The position numbers and the translations under genes were made by a program. DNA of 64,000 nt from Candidatus Aenigmatarchaeota archaeon (GTDB lineage Archaea; Aenigmatarchaeota; Aenigmatarchaeia; CG10238-14; SCSR01): assembly GCA_038998335.1 (NCBI GenBank), contig JAVZHQ010000001.1, positions 219,281 to 283,280 of the forward strand, read 5' to 3'. Positions 8,866 through 18,659 of the stretch are shown one piece after another (the first letter of the stretch is position 1; each line of letters starts with the position of its first letter). The notes below the pieces were generated by a model. It saw nothing but the letters and a program-made list of their open reading frames with translations. It searched no databases and had not been told where the DNA came from.

Positions 8866-9687
8866 GTTTAAGTAGGCTTCCCTTATTCCTCTAAACCCAA
8901 GATTTTTTGCTTGCAACTTTGTGAAGTATTTTCTTCCAAGCTTTTCTATTCCTTTGTGAATTCCTGAGCTGTACTGAAAAGATTTCTTGACTTTGAAAGC
9001 AATTTCTTTTGGTACACCAAGCTCAAAAGCAATTTCTCTGGTTATATGCTTTCTTAAGTTATCTTCTGGGCTTTTAATTTTAAGCTGAAGAGGAACTTTT
9101 TTTGCAAAATTTATGAAATTTTGGTCAAGAAAAGGTTCTGAGTAGCTTATTCCAAAAAAACTTGCAATTTTCCTTACAGCTTCTTGGTTTTCAAAAGCTT
9201 TTTCTAAGGTTCTTTCCATAAACTCAAAAAAGGCATCTTCGCTTATTTTTAAAAACTTGCAAAATCTTTTATAACCGCAAAACAATTCATCTAAACCGTT
9301 AGCGCTTAGAACAACTTTTATATTATTTTCTTTCGCAAGCATAAAGGTGAAATAAAAACCGACTCTAATTTCTAAGTCAACCAAGGTTTTGGGTTTTGTG
9401 AGTGAAATTACTTTTTTAATCCCTTCTTCCAACTCTTCTAAACTTAAGGGTTTAGTATAATGAGGAAGATTTAAAGCCTGACTCGAGATTTTTGAATTTT
9501 TTAAATCGAAAGAATTTTCTAAACCAACGGTTAAAAGCTTAACCTTTTTCCCTAGCCTCTCACAAGCTTTCGCAAGCAAAGAGCTATCACAACCACCAGA
9601 AAATGCAATTCCAACTTCTTTTTTTCTACAATTTCTTTCTATGGTTGAAAAAATTTCTTCAATTAATTTTTGCTTTATTTCTTCCAT
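8821..9687 (-). CDS. PP-loop ATP pyrophosphatase (asparagine synthetase-like domain)
   Basis: 'IAFSGGCDSSLLA' = SGGxDS PP-loop. Confidence 0.5.
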   Translation of the reverse strand: MEEIKQKLIEEIFSTIERNCRKKEVGIAFSGGCDSSLLAKACERLGKKVKLLTVGLENSFDLKNSKISSQALNLPHYTKPLSLEELEEGIKKVISLTKPKTLVDLEIRVGFYFTFMLAKENNIKVVLSANGLDELFCGYKRFCKFLKISEDAFFEFMERTLEKAFENQEAVRKIASFFGISYSEPFLDQNFINFAKKVPLQLKIKSPEDNLRKHITREIAFELGVPKEIAFKVKKSFQYSSGIHKGIEKLGRKYFTKLQAKNLGFRGIREAYLNLLNSGQNFKNNSSS

Positions 9688-9738
9688 AATTTTAAATATT
9701 AAGGTAATTAAAAGTTTAAGTTGAATTATTTAATAGAA

Positions 9739-9824
9739 GCAGGGGTCGCCTAGCCTGGTCAAGGGCGCAGGCCTGAGGCGCCTGTGGCTTAGTGCCTTCC
9801 TGGGTTCAAATCCCAGCCCCTGCA
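9739..9824 (+). tRNA. tRNA-Leu (anticodon GAG)
   Basis: Type II tRNA with long variable arm; acceptor gcagggg/cccctgc, anticodon stem caggc/gcctg, loop ctGAGgc. Confidence 0.85.
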
Positions 9825-9886
9825 CTAGATTCTATTCCCATGCACTTGACAGGATTTATCATAAACTCTAAATTATACAAGGAAAG

Positions 9887-11077
9887 ATGGCATCTATTAG
9901 TAGACTTAAATCTTTTTCTAACTATATTTTTACCATGAGAATAAAATATTCTGATTTTGTTGATTATAGAAAACTAGACCCTGTTAAAAAAATGGCTTTA
10001 GAAATTTTTGAACCAACTCTAAAATATCCTGAAAGATTAGGATTAAGACTACTACCAGAAAGTTTAGGGCAGACAGCTCCTATTTTTGAGCCTGTTGGAA
10101 TAAAAGATTCAGATTTTTTGATAGTAGGTCCAAACGTAGAAGGACTTGGAACAAAAAACTTAGTTGCAGATTGCATGTACAATGAAATTGTTGAGAAAAA
10201 AAGGATTGCAGAAAATTTGGATGTTAAAAAATTGTATAGATGTATAGGACAAGATACAGCTGCTATGTCAGTTAACGATGTTTTGGCCGTTGGTGCAGAC
10301 CCATACGTTTACTGTGATATAATTGCATGTGGAAAAGCATCATGGTTTGATGACCTTGAAAGAACAAGAGAATTGCTGTTAGGATACAGACAGGCTGCTG
10401 ATATAGGACAGTTTGCAATTCCTCAAGGTGAAACTCCTGAACTACCTGGAATAGTAAACTCTGAAACTTTGGATTTGGCTGGAGCTTCTTGCGGGCTAGT
10501 AAGACCAAAGAGCAGATACATTACTGGAGAAAAAATAGAGGAAGGGGATATAATTTATGGACTTGCAAGTAGTGGGATTCATGCTAATGGTTTGAGCAAG
10601 GCAAGAAAGATTGCAGAAAAACTTCCTGAAGGTTTCTTTACAGAGCTATCTAACGGAAAAACCTTAGGTGAAGAACTTTTAACTCCTACTCACATTTACT
10701 CTAGGTTAGTAATGGAATTGTTTGAATTTATAGATATTCACTTTTTACAGCCAATAACTGGGCATGGATGGAAAAAAATTATGAGGGTAAGAAAACCTTT
10801 TACCTATGTGATAGAGAATGTTCCAGAGCCATCTTTAATCTTTCAGGAATTAATTGAGTTTGGGAAAAAATATGGTTTTGATGTTTCTGATTTTGAAAAT
10901 TATCAAGTATGGAATATGGGCGTTGGATATATTATCATAGGGCCTAAATTTGATGTAGATGCTGTAAGAAAAGTAGTTAGAAGAAATTCTAATATAGAAG
11001 TCTACGAGTTGGGCTATGTAAAAAAAGGAGAAAAGCAAGTAATAATAAAACCAAAAAATATTGTGTATAAGGATTAA
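9887..11077 (+). CDS. purM: phosphoribosylformylglycinamidine cyclo-ligase (AIR synthase, PurM-like)
   Basis: 'GETPELPGIV' and 'GIHANG' resemble PurM motifs; directly upstream of purB. Confidence 0.6.
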   Translation: MASISRLKSFSNYIFTMRIKYSDFVDYRKLDPVKKMALEIFEPTLKYPERLGLRLLPESLGQTAPIFEPVGIKDSDFLIVGPNVEGLGTKNLVADCMYNEIVEKKRIAENLDVKKLYRCIGQDTAAMSVNDVLAVGADPYVYCDIIACGKASWFDDLERTRELLLGYRQAADIGQFAIPQGETPELPGIVNSETLDLAGASCGLVRPKSRYITGEKIEEGDIIYGLASSGIHANGLSKARKIAEKLPEGFFTELSNGKTLGEELLTPTHIYSRLVMELFEFIDIHFLQPITGHGWKKIMRVRKPFTYVIENVPEPSLIFQELIEFGKKYGFDVSDFENYQVWNMGVGYIIIGPKFDVDAVRKVVRRNSNIEVYELGYVKKGEKQVIIKPKNIVYKD

Positions 11078-11093
11078 AAATTTAGGTGATAAA

Positions 11094-12497
11094 ATGAGCG
11101 AAGAAAAAGTATCGATATTTGATTTGTTTTCTCCAACAGACTATAGGTACTCTGTTGAAGAATTAAAGCAATATCTATCAGAAGAGGCTTTTGTTAAGTA
11201 CAAATCAAAAGTGGAAGCAGCGTTAGCTAAAGTTAAAGCAAGAAGAGGCATGATAACCCAAGAATCTGCTGAAGAAATTTTTAAAGCTTGTGAACAAGTT
11301 AAAGCAAAAGAAGTTTACGAGGAAGAAGAAAGAACAAGACATGACATAATAGCTCAAGTCAATATGATAAGGAAAAGAGTTAGTGATGAAGCAAAGCCAG
11401 CTGTACATGTACCAGCAACCTCTTATGATATAGTTGACACTGCTAATATGCTACGCTATAGAGATGCTTTTAAAAATGTTATTATTCCTGATATGGTTTC
11501 TTTGGAAAAAGTTTGGATAGAGCTAGCTAGAAAAGAAAAAGATACTTTACAAATAGGCAGAACTCATCTGCAGCATGCCGAACCTATAACATTTGGTTTT
11601 ACAATGGCCTGGTATGTTAGTAGGTTTGGAAGAAGAATTTTAAAAGTAAAAGAGGCGGTTGAAAGCTTGGAGGGGAAATTTTCAGGTGCAGTAGGCGCCT
11701 ATAACGCTTCTTCTTTATTTTTTGATAATCCTGAAGAATTTGAGAGAGAAGTTTTGGCAGAATTGGGAATAAAACCAACTGAAATTTCCACTCAAATAGT
11801 ACAACCAGAACCTTTAGCAGATTTGATGCATTATGTTTTTAGCAGCTTTAATATTCTAGCAAACTGGGCAAGAGATATGAGGAACTTGCAAAGACCAGAA
11901 ATAGGAGAAGTAGGTCAGCCAAGAGGTAAAGATATTTCAAGCTCTTCAACTATGCCACATAAAGCAAACCCTATAGGATTAGAAAATATAGAAAGTTTGT
12001 GGAAGGCAACGATTCCCTACATTTTCACAACTTATTTAGATCAAATTTCAGACCATCAACGTGACTTAACAAATTCTGCTTCCCAAAGGTTTATACCCCA
12101 AATACTTGTTCAGTTTGACTATGCTGTAAGAAGGGCTAAAAGAATTTCTGAAAACCTTAAACCCCATTATCACAATATGCTCAAAAACTTTGAAATGAAT
12201 AAGGACAAGATAATCGCAGAGCCTCTCCACGTCTTACTTTCTTTCTATGGGCATCCAAACTCTCATGAATACGTGAGCAAGCTCGTTGAACAGTCTTACT
12301 CTACTGGTAAACCATTAACAGAAATTATTACTCAAGATGAAAACCTTAAACCTTATCTTGAAAAGTTTACTGAAGAACAAAAGAATATGATTTTCAATCC
12401 TTCCAAATATGTTGGAATCGCTCCTCAAAAAGCAGAAAAAATTGCAAACTTTTGGGAAAAAAGACTTAAAGAGGCAATTTGTTATAACCAAAAATAA
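11094..12497 (+). CDS. purB: adenylosuccinate lyase
   Basis: Fumarate-lyase signature 'SSSSTMPHKANP'; start moved to ATG 11094 ('MSEEKVS') with 'aggtga' SD-like motif upstream; the track's 11061 start would overlap purM. Confidence 0.85.
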   Translation: MSEEKVSIFDLFSPTDYRYSVEELKQYLSEEAFVKYKSKVEAALAKVKARRGMITQESAEEIFKACEQVKAKEVYEEEERTRHDIIAQVNMIRKRVSDEAKPAVHVPATSYDIVDTANMLRYRDAFKNVIIPDMVSLEKVWIELARKEKDTLQIGRTHLQHAEPITFGFTMAWYVSRFGRRILKVKEAVESLEGKFSGAVGAYNASSLFFDNPEEFEREVLAELGIKPTEISTQIVQPEPLADLMHYVFSSFNILANWARDMRNLQRPEIGEVGQPRGKDISSSSTMPHKANPIGLENIESLWKATIPYIFTTYLDQISDHQRDLTNSASQRFIPQILVQFDYAVRRAKRISENLKPHYHNMLKNFEMNKDKIIAEPLHVLLSFYGHPNSHEYVSKLVEQSYSTGKPLTEIITQDENLKPYLEKFTEEQKNMIFNPSKYVGIAPQKAEKIANFWEKRLKEAICYNQK

Positions 12498-12528
12498 GTT
12501 TAAAAGTTTTAAATTAAAATAAAAAAGC

Positions 12529-13788
12529 ATGTACATTCCCAAGAAGACCCTTTTTATTCCTCTTGATGGTACAGTTGATATTTCAGATTATCTCCCTATA
12601 ATAGATTCATTTTACTTTCAAAGACTGGATGGAGTTAAACAATTAGATACAGCTGAAACAGTTTACAGAGGAGCAAAGCATTCAAGGTTTGAGCACTCCA
12701 TAGGGACGATGAATAAATTTAGAAGAATGTTTTTCCATAGAAATTTACCAAATTCTGATTTAAGCAAAGATGAGCTTAAAAAAGTAGAATTAGCTTCTTT
12801 GCTTCATGATTGTTCTCACAACGCTTATGCGCATTTAACTGAAGTTATAGAGAAGTCTCTCACAGGAAAATCTCATGATGACAGGTGGGTAGAAACTTTG
12901 GAGAAGTATTTTGATAAACCTTTGAAGGAATGTGGTTTTTCGCCAAAAGATTTGAAAGAAGTTGCTGAGACAAATTTAAGAGAAATAATATGGGATATTG
13001 TTGGTGTAGACAAGCTAGACTATATCCAGAGAGATTTTTATCATGTTGGTTTTCCAACTATAGAGATAGAACCTCAGCTTACTTATTCGATTTTTCTCAA
13101 GAGCAAAGGCCTTTGTATAGAAGAGAAGAGCTCAGCTTTGGTAACAAACTTCATTCATGCATGGTACGTTGCCCATTCTACGATTTACTGGAGAAAAGCT
13201 TGTTTGATACAAGCATCCATGATGAGAAGAGCTATATGGGATGCTATTTCACAAGGTTATTTAGAATTAGAGAAAATGAAGGAAATGAGGGATTATGAAG
13301 TAGATTATACGCTTTTAAGTTCAAAAGGCAAAAGCAAAGAGTTGTTTAAAAAAATTCTTTCAAGAAATCTTTACAAAACTGCAGTTACGTTTAAAGTTGA
13401 AGGTTACTCTTACTTTGAGAGAAAAGGTAACAAGCCACTATCAATAGTAGAAGTTCCAGAAGAAGATGTAAATAAAATTTTTGTTGAGGACAGAAATTTT
13501 AAAGAAATCTTAGAGTTAGAAAAAGAACTCTCAAAAGAATTAACTACTGATGTAATAATTTCTACAACTCCACAGCCAGAAAGACTAAAACCAAAAGACC
13601 CAAAAATATTTTCTGCAGATAGAGAAGAAGTTCAAAAACTTTCAGACATAAACAGTGATTTTTTAAGTTACCAAAAGAAAATACCTAATCATCTTTGGGT
13701 AGTAAGGGTTGTAGTTCCTGCTGAAGATAGAAAAGAAGTGTCAAGAATGTATAAAACAGTCGAAGAATACTTATACTCCAACTCTTAA
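12529..13788 (+). CDS. HD-domain phosphohydrolase (dGTPase/dNTP triphosphohydrolase-like)
   Basis: 'HSRFEHSIG', 'LLHDCSH' (HD) and 'DKLDYIQRD' motifs. Confidence 0.6.
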   Translation: MYIPKKTLFIPLDGTVDISDYLPIIDSFYFQRLDGVKQLDTAETVYRGAKHSRFEHSIGTMNKFRRMFFHRNLPNSDLSKDELKKVELASLLHDCSHNAYAHLTEVIEKSLTGKSHDDRWVETLEKYFDKPLKECGFSPKDLKEVAETNLREIIWDIVGVDKLDYIQRDFYHVGFPTIEIEPQLTYSIFLKSKGLCIEEKSSALVTNFIHAWYVAHSTIYWRKACLIQASMMRRAIWDAISQGYLELEKMKEMRDYEVDYTLLSSKGKSKELFKKILSRNLYKTAVTFKVEGYSYFERKGNKPLSIVEVPEEDVNKIFVEDRNFKEILELEKELSKELTTDVIISTTPQPERLKPKDPKIFSADREEVQKLSDINSDFLSYQKKIPNHLWVVRVVVPAEDRKEVSRMYKTVEEYLYSNS

Positions 13789-13819
13789 CATTTTAAATAT
13801 TAAATTACAAATTAAAAAT

Positions 13820-14296
13820 ATGGATGAAAAGGCAGAAGCAAAGGCTATTGAGGAAGAATTGAAAAAAGAGCTCGAATCTTACAAGGCAAGAATTTTGCCT
13901 CAGTATTCTAAGAAAGCTGGCAAAAAATTAAAAAGAATTCAAAAGTACTTAGCTAAACTTAAGCCTTTAAAAATAAAATTTTCTTCAGTTTCAAAAATTG
14001 AGGAAGAGGCTAGGAACACTCTAGCTCAACTCAAAACTCAGATTTCTCAAGCCAAAGAGAAAATAGGTTCTAACAAAGCAAGAATAAAAGCTTTGAAGCA
14101 AGAAATTAAAGATTTAAAAAGAGAAATTCCTTTACTCAAGAAGTATATAAAGGGATGGAAAAAGGAAAGGAAAAAAGCTGCAAAGAAACATAAAAAAGCT
14201 TCCAAACTTTTGAGGAAACTAAAAGCTAAGATTACAAAAATTGAGAAAAGAAAAGAGAAAGTAGTTAAAAGTATGAAAAAGTACTTTAGCAGCTAA
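13820..14296 (+). CDS. hypothetical Lys-rich coiled-coil protein
   Basis: 158 aa, very basic. Confidence 0.3.
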   Translation: MDEKAEAKAIEEELKKELESYKARILPQYSKKAGKKLKRIQKYLAKLKPLKIKFSSVSKIEEEARNTLAQLKTQISQAKEKIGSNKARIKALKQEIKDLKREIPLLKKYIKGWKKERKKAAKKHKKASKLLRKLKAKITKIEKRKEKVVKSMKKYFSS

Positions 14297-16269
14297 ACCT
14301 CAATTTTTCCAAGCTCTTCCAAGCTCTCTAAGCTATTCATCTTTATCATTTTGTTTGAAATAGTGTAGAGTATATCGTCAATATACAAAGTTCTCTTTAT
14401 TTCATAATCATAGTCGTAAGGTTTTTCAGTGTGACTAATTCTTCCCCTTTCACTTATTCCTTCTTGTGTAATGTTAAAAACATAAGCTCCTTGCCATTTT
14501 TGGATATAATTCTCTGCTACAGAAACAGGAATGACTAGTAAGTTCTTAGATTTGCTGAACAAGAATGCTTTATGATCAGAAGAAACAAGAGTATAGCTTC
14601 CTCTTGTTCCTATAACAATCTTCGAAATTTCTTTTGGATTAGAAAAATCACTAACATCAAATAAAGAAATTTTTACTCCTAGCTCTCTTCCTTGGTCGTC
14701 AGCGTCTTTACCTATTCCTATTAAATGGGTTCCATCGTAAGGGTGTAAATAATCAGAATATCCTGGAATTTTTAGTTCGCCAAGAATTTTTGGGTTTGTT
14801 TCATCTTCTAAATCAATAACAAATAAAGGATCTGTTCTTCTAAAAGTTACCATGTAAGCTTTATCACCAACAAACCTTACAGCAAAAATTCTCTCAGTTC
14901 TTGCTATATTCTCTATCTTGCCTAAAATGTTTAAGTTTTCATCTAATGTATAAATATTGTTAAAAACTTCTCTTCCGTAGCTTGAAGTTGTTGCTATCCT
15001 AAAATGATTGTTGTCTTCGTCCATGGAAAATTGATTTAAAACACTTCCAGGCACTTCTCCGCTGACCTTATACTCTATGTTTCCTTCAGAAATTGAAATT
15101 TTATGGATAATTGTTTTCTCCAATTCTTTAATTATTTCTTCCATTACTTTTTCATATCTATTCTGCAACTCTTTCATGAAAGAAGCTGCTTGCTCAGGGT
15201 TAAGAGTTTTGGTATAATTTTCTATTACTTCCTCTATTTTGTTCATCTTATCATAAATGTTAATGTTTGATTCTTTTACTTCCTCTATTTTTTCCTTAAC
15301 TTCCTGTGGAACTACAGGCAAGATTGCCTCATCTATTATTCTTTCATAAAAGTCATAAATGCTGTAGGTTTTAGTGTAAACTATGTAGATGTTGTTTGAA
15401 GAAACATAAAGATTTTGAGTTGCTCCTATGAGAAAAGTTTTAACGTTTATTTCTTCCTCATCGTTTTGTGTGTTTAAAGCTATAACATTAGTAAACGAAT
15501 AAGAATAATCAAAAATAGGTGAGTAGTAAATTTCCTCAGCCTTTACTTCTTTTACTTTGTTTCCTTCTACTACCGAAGGAAGAATTATTTCATCCTCATA
15601 AAATTCTAAAGGTTCATTAACTATAACATAAACATAATCTCCTATCATTCTTGAGTCATAATAGCTTCCGTTAAGGTAGACTTCTCTTGTAACTTTTGGG
15701 TTAGCTTTATCTGAAACATCATAAACATAAATGTAAGTTTTTGGGGTGTAGCGATAGTAAGGAATTAGTCCTCCTCTATATTCTCTTAAAGGAAGAGGAT
15801 AGAAATAAGATTCGCTAGCAAAAATCACAAGCTTATCTTTGTTTATAAAAATTCCTTCAATACTTTTGTTTAAAGAAATTTTTGAAACAACTTTCGCGTT
15901 TTCAAGAGGGTAAGCCTCAACTATCGTTAAGTTGTTTCCATAAACGGAATAAATGTATTGGCCATCAGTCTTTACCACGTCTGCTTCATCTACCCCTACA
16001 ACTTGAACGTTTGTTGCTGAATACTCTTGAGCAGCCGGAACAGCCAAAGGAGCGCCTGTTTTAATAGACTCAATTCCATACTCTCTAGCTATACCTATTC
16101 CTACTAAAGGAAGGTATTGTTCGCTAGAGGATTTAACAAAATTTTTAAGTTCCTCGTAAGATGAAAACTTTTTAAGCTCTACTTTATAAGTTTCAGGTCT
16201 TTTCTGGTAAAGTATCGAGAAAACTATTAAACAAATAATTAGCAAAAGGATTACTTTCCATAGCTTCAT
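14293..16269 (-). CDS. secreted beta-propeller domain protein (tentative)
   Basis: N-terminal signal/anchor; repetitive beta-rich C-terminal region; family assignment by pattern only. Confidence 0.35.
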   Translation of the reverse strand: MKLWKVILLLIICLIVFSILYQKRPETYKVELKKFSSYEELKNFVKSSSEQYLPLVGIGIAREYGIESIKTGAPLAVPAAQEYSATNVQVVGVDEADVVKTDGQYIYSVYGNNLTIVEAYPLENAKVVSKISLNKSIEGIFINKDKLVIFASESYFYPLPLREYRGGLIPYYRYTPKTYIYVYDVSDKANPKVTREVYLNGSYYDSRMIGDYVYVIVNEPLEFYEDEIILPSVVEGNKVKEVKAEEIYYSPIFDYSYSFTNVIALNTQNDEEEINVKTFLIGATQNLYVSSNNIYIVYTKTYSIYDFYERIIDEAILPVVPQEVKEKIEEVKESNINIYDKMNKIEEVIENYTKTLNPEQAASFMKELQNRYEKVMEEIIKELEKTIIHKISISEGNIEYKVSGEVPGSVLNQFSMDEDNNHFRIATTSSYGREVFNNIYTLDENLNILGKIENIARTERIFAVRFVGDKAYMVTFRRTDPLFVIDLEDETNPKILGELKIPGYSDYLHPYDGTHLIGIGKDADDQGRELGVKISLFDVSDFSNPKEISKIVIGTRGSYTLVSSDHKAFLFSKSKNLLVIPVSVAENYIQKWQGAYVFNITQEGISERGRISHTEKPYDYDYEIKRTLYIDDILYTISNKMIKMNSLESLEELGKIEV

Positions 16270-16325
16270 AAATTTTTCTTGTCTTTTTATTCTTAAATGT
16301 TTAGCTTTTTTATTTGGCTTTTGCC

Positions 16326-16880
16326 CTAAAGAAAACGTTTAAGCCTTGCTTCAAACTCACAGTATTCGTGGCCCATAGCTTTACATTTTGTCTCTTCAAC
16401 CACAACTTCTTCTCCCCAGATTGCAGAAGCCCCTCCTGCCAAACTTCCCATCAAAAAAGCACATACTGGTTTTTTAGATTTTCCATAAAATTGAGCCTCA
16501 AAAGAATTATAAATTCTTCCTGTAATAGTTTCTCCCTTTTCTAGCTTACCTTCTTCAACTATTTCTCCCCTCCCCCAGCCTTCACCTTGAACTATTTGTA
16601 AAACTTTCTTAGCTATTTCTATTCTTTTAACCCCAAGTTTTGCCAGGATATAAGCTGTTAAATTTCGTTTAAGAGCTTTTTCCACAACTTTATAAGCTTG
16701 GTCAAAAGCTCCTTGATAAATTATTCCTTTTGTTGCAACTCCAACTATTTTACTTAAATCTTTGTTTAAAACTGGCAATACTTCTGCTGGTAAGGTTATA
16801 TAAGGTAATCCTATAAACTCTAGCTTTCCTTTTTCGTACTTAATCTCTCTAACCAAAGGCCACCAAATCTTCTCTTTCAT
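16326..16880 (-). CDS. V4R-domain protein (paralog 1)
   Basis: C-terminus 'CKAMGHEYCEFEARL' resembles the V4R Cys motif; paralogous to the adjacent ORF. Confidence 0.45.
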   Translation of the reverse strand: MKEKIWWPLVREIKYEKGKLEFIGLPYITLPAEVLPVLNKDLSKIVGVATKGIIYQGAFDQAYKVVEKALKRNLTAYILAKLGVKRIEIAKKVLQIVQGEGWGRGEIVEEGKLEKGETITGRIYNSFEAQFYGKSKKPVCAFLMGSLAGGASAIWGEEVVVEETKCKAMGHEYCEFEARLKRFL

Positions 16881-17395
16881 ACTAGGCTTACCTCAAACTC
16901 ACAAAAATTATCACCAACAGCTTTACACTTTCTTTCTTTAACAGAAACTTTTTTGTTTAAAATTGCTGAAAACAATCCAGCAATAATTCCTGCAGTTATA
17001 TAACATACAGGCTTATTAGGTTTTTCATAATACTGAGAAAATGAGCAACCATAAATTCTTATCAAGCTTTTGATTTCTTTTTCAACCTCAAGGCTAATTA
17101 TATCAACACTACCGAAGCCCCAGTATTCAAGGTATTTTAGAAACTCTTTTATAACTTCCTCTTTTGTTAAGTCTTTTGGCAAGAATTTTTTCCAGTTCTT
17201 ATAGTAGTTGTTAGCACTTTTTTCACAACTTTTATATATTTCAACGTTGGCTATTTCTCCTATCGTTTTTAAAATAGCTAAATGAATCGAAGGAAGCATT
17301 CTTGCAGACATAAAAACTAGTCTTTGCTTGTTTAGTATTAGTTCTCCTTTTTCAGGCTTATAGAATATTTTTTTGAGGATTGGCCACTCTTCCAT
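16877..17395 (-). CDS. V4R-domain protein (paralog 2)
   Basis: C-terminus 'CKAVGDNFCEFEVSL'; overlaps paralog 1 by 4 nt. Confidence 0.45.
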   Translation of the reverse strand: MEEWPILKKIFYKPEKGELILNKQRLVFMSARMLPSIHLAILKTIGEIANVEIYKSCEKSANNYYKNWKKFLPKDLTKEEVIKEFLKYLEYWGFGSVDIISLEVEKEIKSLIRIYGCSFSQYYEKPNKPVCYITAGIIAGLFSAILNKKVSVKERKCKAVGDNFCEFEVSLV

Positions 17396-17437
17396 TAATT
17401 GATTTTATTTTTTTAAGTTTAAAATCGTTTTTTATTT

Positions 17438-18319
17438 TTGATGCCACTTTTTTCAGTAGTAACAACAGCAAAGAATGAAGAAAGAAAAACGATAGAAGAG
17501 GTTTTTCAAAACTGGGAGCTAACAAAAGAAATTTTTGAAAGAAAAACCGAGAAAAAAGTTGAGTTTATAGTTGTGGATGCGGGTAATAATTCAGAAATTC
17601 CAAAACTAAAAGATTCTTTTGTTGTTGGAGAAGAAATTTATCAAGATTATAGAAAATTTCTTTATTCTTCAGGTAAAATAAAATACAAATCTTGGGACTG
17701 CCCAAGCATAGGAAGAAATCTTGGTTTTAAATATTGCAAAGGAAATATAGTAGTTTTCCAAGATATAGACACTCTTTTCTCAACAGGCACTGAACTTGAT
17801 TTTAATTACATAAACCCAAATCTTGATAAGTATGAGAATTATTTTGAAGTTATGTATAAAGCTTTTAGAAAAAAATCGATAGTTGCAGCTTCGCCTTCTG
17901 CCAGAGCTTACGATGTTAAGAAAATTAGCAGAAGGTTTGGAATGATGGGGGAAAACTACATGGTTTGGTTGTCTTGTAAGCTACCAACCTTAAAAATAAG
18001 AAATAATTTTATTGGTGGACCAAGCATTCCTGGTTTTAGTATATCAGCTTTAAAAAATGTTTGTGATAAAATTTACGAAGAAAAAGGGTTTTTGTTCGAC
18101 CCTGAGTTAGCGATAGCAGAAGACCATAAGTTTTCTAGAATGTTAAGATTGTTTGGTAAAATTTCCTACGAGAGAAAAGCAGGGGTTTTCACAAGAACTG
18201 TTAAAAGAGTAACTCCAGGGTTTGATTTGTTAAAATCCCTTTTATACGCTGCAAAATGGTTTTTACCTTATTTTTGTCCAGATTTTTTTAAGTACCATAA
18301 ACATGTTTTATCTGTTTAG
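17438..18319 (+). CDS. glycosyltransferase family 2-like protein (tentative)
   Basis: N-terminal 'FSVVTTAKNEE...EFIVVDAGNNS' resembles the GT2 nucleotide-binding region. Confidence 0.4.
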   Translation: MMPLFSVVTTAKNEERKTIEEVFQNWELTKEIFERKTEKKVEFIVVDAGNNSEIPKLKDSFVVGEEIYQDYRKFLYSSGKIKYKSWDCPSIGRNLGFKYCKGNIVVFQDIDTLFSTGTELDFNYINPNLDKYENYFEVMYKAFRKKSIVAASPSARAYDVKKISRRFGMMGENYMVWLSCKLPTLKIRNNFIGGPSIPGFSISALKNVCDKIYEEKGFLFDPELAIAEDHKFSRMLRLFGKISYERKAGVFTRTVKRVTPGFDLLKSLLYAAKWFLPYFCPDFFKYHKHVLSV

Positions 18320-18356
18320 CAAAAAGCTTTTAAATTAAAAGTGCAGAAGGATAATT

Positions 18357-18638
18357 ATGGAAGAAGAAAAAATTGAAGAAGTGAATAAGAAACTTGTTGG
18401 AAAAGTAACTCACTACTATGGAAAAATCGGAGTTGCAGTTGTTGAGCTTCAAGATGAACTAAGCGTTAACGATGAAGTAATAATTGAAGGTAAAGTAACA
18501 AAGCTAAGACAAAAACCTCCTTTATCCATGCAAATAGAACATAAAAACGTTGAAGTAGCAAAAGCAGGCGATTCTATTGGCTTAAAGGTTGACGAGAAAG
18601 TAAGGGAAAACGACTTGGTTTACAAAGTGGTTCAGTAA
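18357..18638 (+). CDS. small beta-barrel protein (EF-Tu domain 2-like, tentative)
   Basis: 93 aa; 'GKVTHYYGKIGVAVVEL...AKAGDSIGLKV' resembles the translation-factor beta-barrel. Confidence 0.3.
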   Translation: MEEEKIEEVNKKLVGKVTHYYGKIGVAVVELQDELSVNDEVIIEGKVTKLRQKPPLSMQIEHKNVEVAKAGDSIGLKVDEKVRENDLVYKVVQ

Positions 18639-18659
18639 ATCTAAGTAAAATTTTTATCT

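Noticed and set aside
9964-12542. Short ORFs on the opposite strand inside purM and purB (9964-10182, 10272-10508, 10850-11038, 11223-11408, 12315-12542)
   Set aside because: Entirely embedded antisense to well-supported genes, low-complexity translations, no start-codon context; treated as spurious. The same applies to the many other antisense track ORFs inside ppsA, carB, fdhA, glyA and similar genes.
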